Under the pieces are notes generated by a model. The model searched no databases, was not told the DNA's origin, and saw only the letters and a program-made list of their open reading frames with translations. Both the position numbers and the translations under genes were made by a program. 64,000 nucleotides of DNA from an uncultured Chloroflexia bacterium (lineage in GTDB: Bacteria; Chloroflexota; Limnocylindria; Limnocylindrales; CSP1-4), in contig CAWEZH010000002.1 of assembly GCA_963813535.1 (NCBI GenBank), forward strand, positions 1,536,001-1,600,000, given 5' to 3'. Positions 60,443 to 64,000 of this stretch are shown in pieces; within the stretch, counting starts at the first letter, position 1; each line of letters opens with the position of its first letter.

Positions 60443-61009
60443 ATGAGGATCGTGGGGCGAATCATCGCCGTTTTGTGGGTCGCACTGATGGTGTCGATGG
60501 CGGGTGCCGCCATCGCCGCGCTCAACATGAAGCGGCGGATCGTGCCGAAGGCTGAGCCCGACGCCGACGATGTCCGCCTGGCCGCCATCTTCGAGCCGAT
60601 CGCCTTCGAATCGAGGGCCACGTCGTTCCGCGGCGGAGAGGTCGACCTCTGGTTCGGTGGTGGGATCATCGATCTACGCAAGGCCACGCTCGACCCGGCC
60701 GGTGCGCGGCTCGAGGTCCGGGCGATCTTCGGCGGGTGCCAGATCCTCGTGCCGGCCGATTGGCAGGTGACGACCAACGTCGTGGGCGTGGGCGGTGCCG
60801 GCGACGGCCGTCCGAAGGCCGAACGGGCACTCGATGCTCCGCATCTGACGGTCGAGGGGATCGCCTTCCTCGGCGGGATGGGGATCACCTCGGACATCCC
60901 GGACGAGGCCGTCCGGTCCGTTCGTGAGGCCATCGCGAAGCGACACCCGGAGAGTGGCGCCGGCGTGCCCGTGATGGAGGAGGCTCAGCCGGAACCCGTC
61001 AGCTTCTGA
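60443..61009 (+). CDS. LiaF/DUF2154-like cell-envelope-stress protein
   Basis: N-terminal TM; F.GG.....FGG..IDLR.A, AIFGG..I.VP.DW.V; AGGAGG SD. Confidence 0.8.
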   Translation: MRIVGRIIAVLWVALMVSMAGAAIAALNMKRRIVPKAEPDADDVRLAAIFEPIAFESRATSFRGGEVDLWFGGGIIDLRKATLDPAGARLEVRAIFGGCQILVPADWQVTTNVVGVGGAGDGRPKAERALDAPHLTVEGIAFLGGMGITSDIPDEAVRSVREAIAKRHPESGAGVPVMEEAQPEPVSF

Positions 61010-61024
61010 TCGCAGGCGCGACGA

Positions 61025-62227
61025 CTAGGCCTCGCGCATCCCCCACGGCGAACCGTAGTCGGTCAACAGGTCGAGGAACGGGCGGGCCGGGAACGCCTCC
61101 GGGCCGAGCACGCCGGTGCCCTGCCACGACCCGGCGGCCAGCAACTCCAGCCCCACGACCGGATTGATCGCCGTCTGCCAGACGACCGCCTGTGACCCGT
61201 ATTCGCGCATCGACCACTCGTTGTCGACCACGTGATACAGGTACACCTCGCGCCGCCGGCCGTCCTTCATGCCGGTCACCCAGGTCCCGGCGCAGGTCTT
61301 GCCCCGCATCCGGTCGCCGAGCGTGGCCGGGTCGGGCAGGACGGCAGCGACGACGTCCCGCGGCGACACCTCGGCGCCACCGACACGCACCTTGTCGGTG
61401 CGGTCGAGCCCGAGTTTGTGCAGCGTCTTCAGGACCTCGATGAACTCGTCGCCCAGCCCGTACTTGAACGTCACCCGCTTGGCGGTCACCCAGCGCGGGA
61501 TGAGGAGCACTTCCTCGTGCTCGACGTTGACGCACTCGACCGGCCCGATCCCCTCCGGGAAGTCGAACGTCTCGGGTTCCGAGAACGGCGGGGTCGTGTA
61601 CCAGCCGCGGCCCTCCTCCCACACGACGGGCGGGTTCAGGCACTCCTCGATCGTCGTCCAGATCGAGAACGACGGCGCGAAGTCGTAGCCCTCGACCGTG
61701 AGGTTGGCCCCGTCGCGCACGCCGACATCGTCGATCTCGTCGAACAGCTCGTCGGCGGCGTGTCGGGCGAACACGTCCGACAGGCCCGGCTCGACGCCGA
61801 TCCCGACAAGGGCCAGGCGGCCGGCTTCCTCCCAGGCAGGGGCCTTGGCGAACTGCTCGTCACCGAGCTTTACCCCAGGTTCTTCGTGCGGCCGGTCGGG
61901 ATGCGGTCGCGACAGCGACATGGCCATGTCGATGTAGTCGGCGCCGGCGGCGAAGGCCCCATCGAAGATCGGCATGACGAACCGCGGATCGACGGCATTC
62001 AGGACGTGTGTCGCGCCATGCGCGCGGGCGAGGGCAGCGACATCGTCGGCCTTGGAGGCGTCGACCCGTGCCGCGATGAACCGCGCATCACCCAGCCGGT
62101 CGACCACCCGCTCGGCTCGCCCGAGGTCGTAGTCGGCCATGACGATCGCCTCGAAGAAGTCACGTCGCGCCGCGATCGGGGCGACCGCACTACCGACGCC
62201 GCCGCTGCCGACGACCAGGATCCTCAT
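61025..62227 (-). CDS. Saccharopine dehydrogenase-family protein (carboxy(nor)spermidine dehydrogenase-like)
   Basis: ILVVGSGGVG, NAVDPRF, YIDMA, G.EPG.SDVFA, VEHEE, GVLGPEAF; GGAGG SD. Confidence 0.88.
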   Translation of the reverse strand: MRILVVGSGGVGSAVAPIAARRDFFEAIVMADYDLGRAERVVDRLGDARFIAARVDASKADDVAALARAHGATHVLNAVDPRFVMPIFDGAFAAGADYIDMAMSLSRPHPDRPHEEPGVKLGDEQFAKAPAWEEAGRLALVGIGVEPGLSDVFARHAADELFDEIDDVGVRDGANLTVEGYDFAPSFSIWTTIEECLNPPVVWEEGRGWYTTPPFSEPETFDFPEGIGPVECVNVEHEEVLLIPRWVTAKRVTFKYGLGDEFIEVLKTLHKLGLDRTDKVRVGGAEVSPRDVVAAVLPDPATLGDRMRGKTCAGTWVTGMKDGRRREVYLYHVVDNEWSMREYGSQAVVWQTAINPVVGLELLAAGSWQGTGVLGPEAFPARPFLDLLTDYGSPWGMREA

Positions 62228-62296
62228 TTCCACCTCCATGGGCGAGACTCGGTCCAGTGTCGCCGGGTCGGCGCGACCGCGCGTATCACGACCTCG

Positions 62297-63370
62297 TCAG
62301 CTACTCCATCCTGCGCGAGGATCTCTGATCCGAGGACGCGCCCGGGCCCGCTTGCCCATCCGTGACAGGAGCACGACGAGGACCACCCCGAGTCCGGCGA
62401 CGACCACCGCCAAGAGATCGGCCACCGGTAACCGCGGCGCGGTGTCAGGCGCCTGGACCGTTACGGCCGAGGTCGCCGAGGAGGTACCCGGCGCCGAGGC
62501 TGCAGCGCTTGGCGCGACCTGCTCGGCGCCTGCGGCGGGAGCCGGCGCGACCGACCCAGCGGCCGGTGTCGGCGCGGACGAGGGCGCCGGACTGACAGGC
62601 TGCACCGGGGCTGCGGCCGGGGCCGCGCCCGTCGACTCCGTCGACGCCGACGTCGACGTCGACGTCGTGAGGGGCTGGATCGAGACGAACTTGTTGTCCC
62701 AGATCATCCGCTTCGGCGAGTACCACCACTTGGTGAAGAACCGCTTGAACTGGGTGACCGAGAGCTTCGTGTTCGGCCGCATGTCGTAGCCGAACGTGCG
62801 GTTCTGGAGACCCCACAGCGGTCCGGAGACCCGAACGCTGGTGACCGTGAACGTCGAGGTCTTGGCCGGGTCGGCAGTAGCGGTGAAGCCGTGGAGCACC
62901 CAGCCGTGGTTGCCGCGCGAGACCGCCACGGCCACAGGCAGGTTCGTTCGGCGCATCCGGGCCGCGGCCAGCTTCAGTGCCTTGGCGAACGTGTCATGCG
63001 CCTGGACGCGGTAGCGCGGATCGACGTACCGGCGAAGGCCCATCTCCCAGCCCTTCGGGTCGACCCCGGCGGACACCGGCAGGCTGTACCGGTTGTGCCC
63101 GCGCATGTAGTTGAAGTAGCGGCTCTGCGTCGTCCGGCTGTGGTCGTTGCGGTCGTACTTGATGTTGCGCATGATCTGGACGTCGGCAGCCGTGCACCAC
63201 AGCCACGTCTTCTGCGTCGAGAACACACCGGTGCGATACAGGTTGATGCCGCCGTTCCAGGTCGGCAGCGCGGCGTCGGCGGGGGCGGGCGTGGCCACCC
63301 AGCCGATGGAGATGAGGAGCGCGACGACCAGCCCGAGGACCGGCCGGAGGCGTCGATCAGGTCCGGCCAT
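62297..63370 (-). CDS. Secreted papain-like (C39-like) protein with P/A/S/T linker and C-terminal TM anchor
   Basis: Signal peptide, QKT..WCTAA, HGWVL.G, low-complexity linker, terminal hydrophobic helix and basic tail. Confidence 0.7.
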   Translation of the reverse strand: MAGPDRRLRPVLGLVVALLISIGWVATPAPADAALPTWNGGINLYRTGVFSTQKTWLWCTAADVQIMRNIKYDRNDHSRTTQSRYFNYMRGHNRYSLPVSAGVDPKGWEMGLRRYVDPRYRVQAHDTFAKALKLAAARMRRTNLPVAVAVSRGNHGWVLHGFTATADPAKTSTFTVTSVRVSGPLWGLQNRTFGYDMRPNTKLSVTQFKRFFTKWWYSPKRMIWDNKFVSIQPLTTSTSTSASTESTGAAPAAAPVQPVSPAPSSAPTPAAGSVAPAPAAGAEQVAPSAAASAPGTSSATSAVTVQAPDTAPRLPVADLLAVVVAGLGVVLVVLLSRMGKRARARPRIRDPRAGWSS

Positions 63371-63441
63371 GCCTCCATCGTGCCCCACCGGGCAGGATCT
63401 CGCCACCGAGGACGGTGGCGCTCGGGCACCACGCGCGCTGG

Positions 63442-64000
63442 TCACGCGCCGACGGCCAGCGCCCCCAGGCGTTCGGTCAGCCGCAGGTTCTCGGCGTAGT
63501 CGATCGGCACCTCGACCAGCGATGGACCGTCGACATCGAGTGCTCGCATCAGCGTCGGATACAGCTCGTCCGCGCTCGTGGGCCGGAATCCGGCCATCCC
63601 GAACGACTCGGCATAGGCGACGAAGTCGGGGTTGCCGAACTCCACACCGAACGGCCGGCCGAACTCGTTGCGCTGCTTCCAGTCGATCAGTCCGTAGCCG
63701 TCGTCGCGCCACACGACGACGCAGATCCCGGCCCCCACGCGCTTGGCTGTCTCGAGCTCCTGGCTGTTCATCAGGAAGCCGCCGTCACCGCACAGCGCGA
63801 CCACCTTGCGATCCGGGTGGACGAGCTTGGCCGCGATCGCTCCCGGGATGGCGATGCCCATCGCAGCGAAGCCGTTGGAGATGATCACGGTGTTCGGTTC
63901 GTACGCCTGGTACATGCGGGCGACCCAGATCTTGTGCGCACCGACGTCGGACACCACGATGTCTGACGGGCCGAGCGCCCGCCGCAGGTCGACGATCGCT
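63442..64000 (-). CDS. Acetolactate synthase-like TPP enzyme (3' part; start lies beyond the window)
   Basis: DVGAHK.W, ISNGFA.MG, GDGGFLMN.QELET, YGLI.WKQ, NPDFV.YAESFG. Confidence 0.92.
   Translation of the reverse strand, partial: AIVDLRRALGPSDIVVSDVGAHKIWVARMYQAYEPNTVIISNGFAAMGIAIPGAIAAKLVHPDRKVVALCGDGGFLMNSQELETAKRVGAGICVVVWRDDGYGLIDWKQRNEFGRPFGVEFGNPDFVAYAESFGMAGFRPTSADELYPTLMRALDVDGPSLVEVPIDYAENLRLTERLGALAVGA

Noticed and set aside
59501-61009. tRNA-integrated genomic island
   Set aside because: No integrase, att duplication or obvious compositional shift

Overview
High-GC bacterial chromosomal window of mostly housekeeping and metabolic genes. The gene complement (F420/LLM oxidoreductases, Ni-SOD, CtaA-CtaB fusion, PyrK/PyrD, pervasive leaderless promoters) suggests a Chloroflexota or Actinomycetota-like organism; this taxonomy is inference only. 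It contains about 65 CDSs: sodN/sodX, lysA, xth, a PotABCD-type ABC importer, a Rieske oxygenase plus GcvT-like pair, two split pyr clusters (pyrR-B-C and pyrK-D-E), an ECF sigma/anti-sigma pair, lipB, MarR-MFS and MarR-RND efflux units, a class III cyclase, and tRNA-Gly(CCC). I found no integrase, transposase or cas gene. The most unusual signal is a family of short CRISPR-like repeat-spacer arrays at ~6.9 kb and ~38.1 kb. Both have a 37-bp hairpin-containing repeat, 35-bp spacers and an exact 72-bp period; spacers are identical in the first array and unrelated in the second. Other notable items are a ~260-nt structured 5' leader upstream of the GcvT-like/Rieske operon, tandem PyrR-binding loops abutting the pyrR SD, a GalT-like protein with HxHxQ changed to HLCLD, an archaeal-type DUF5612-like protein, and an acidic duplicated-domain protein coupled to pyrK. 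Several single-base frameshifts look like long-read indel errors.
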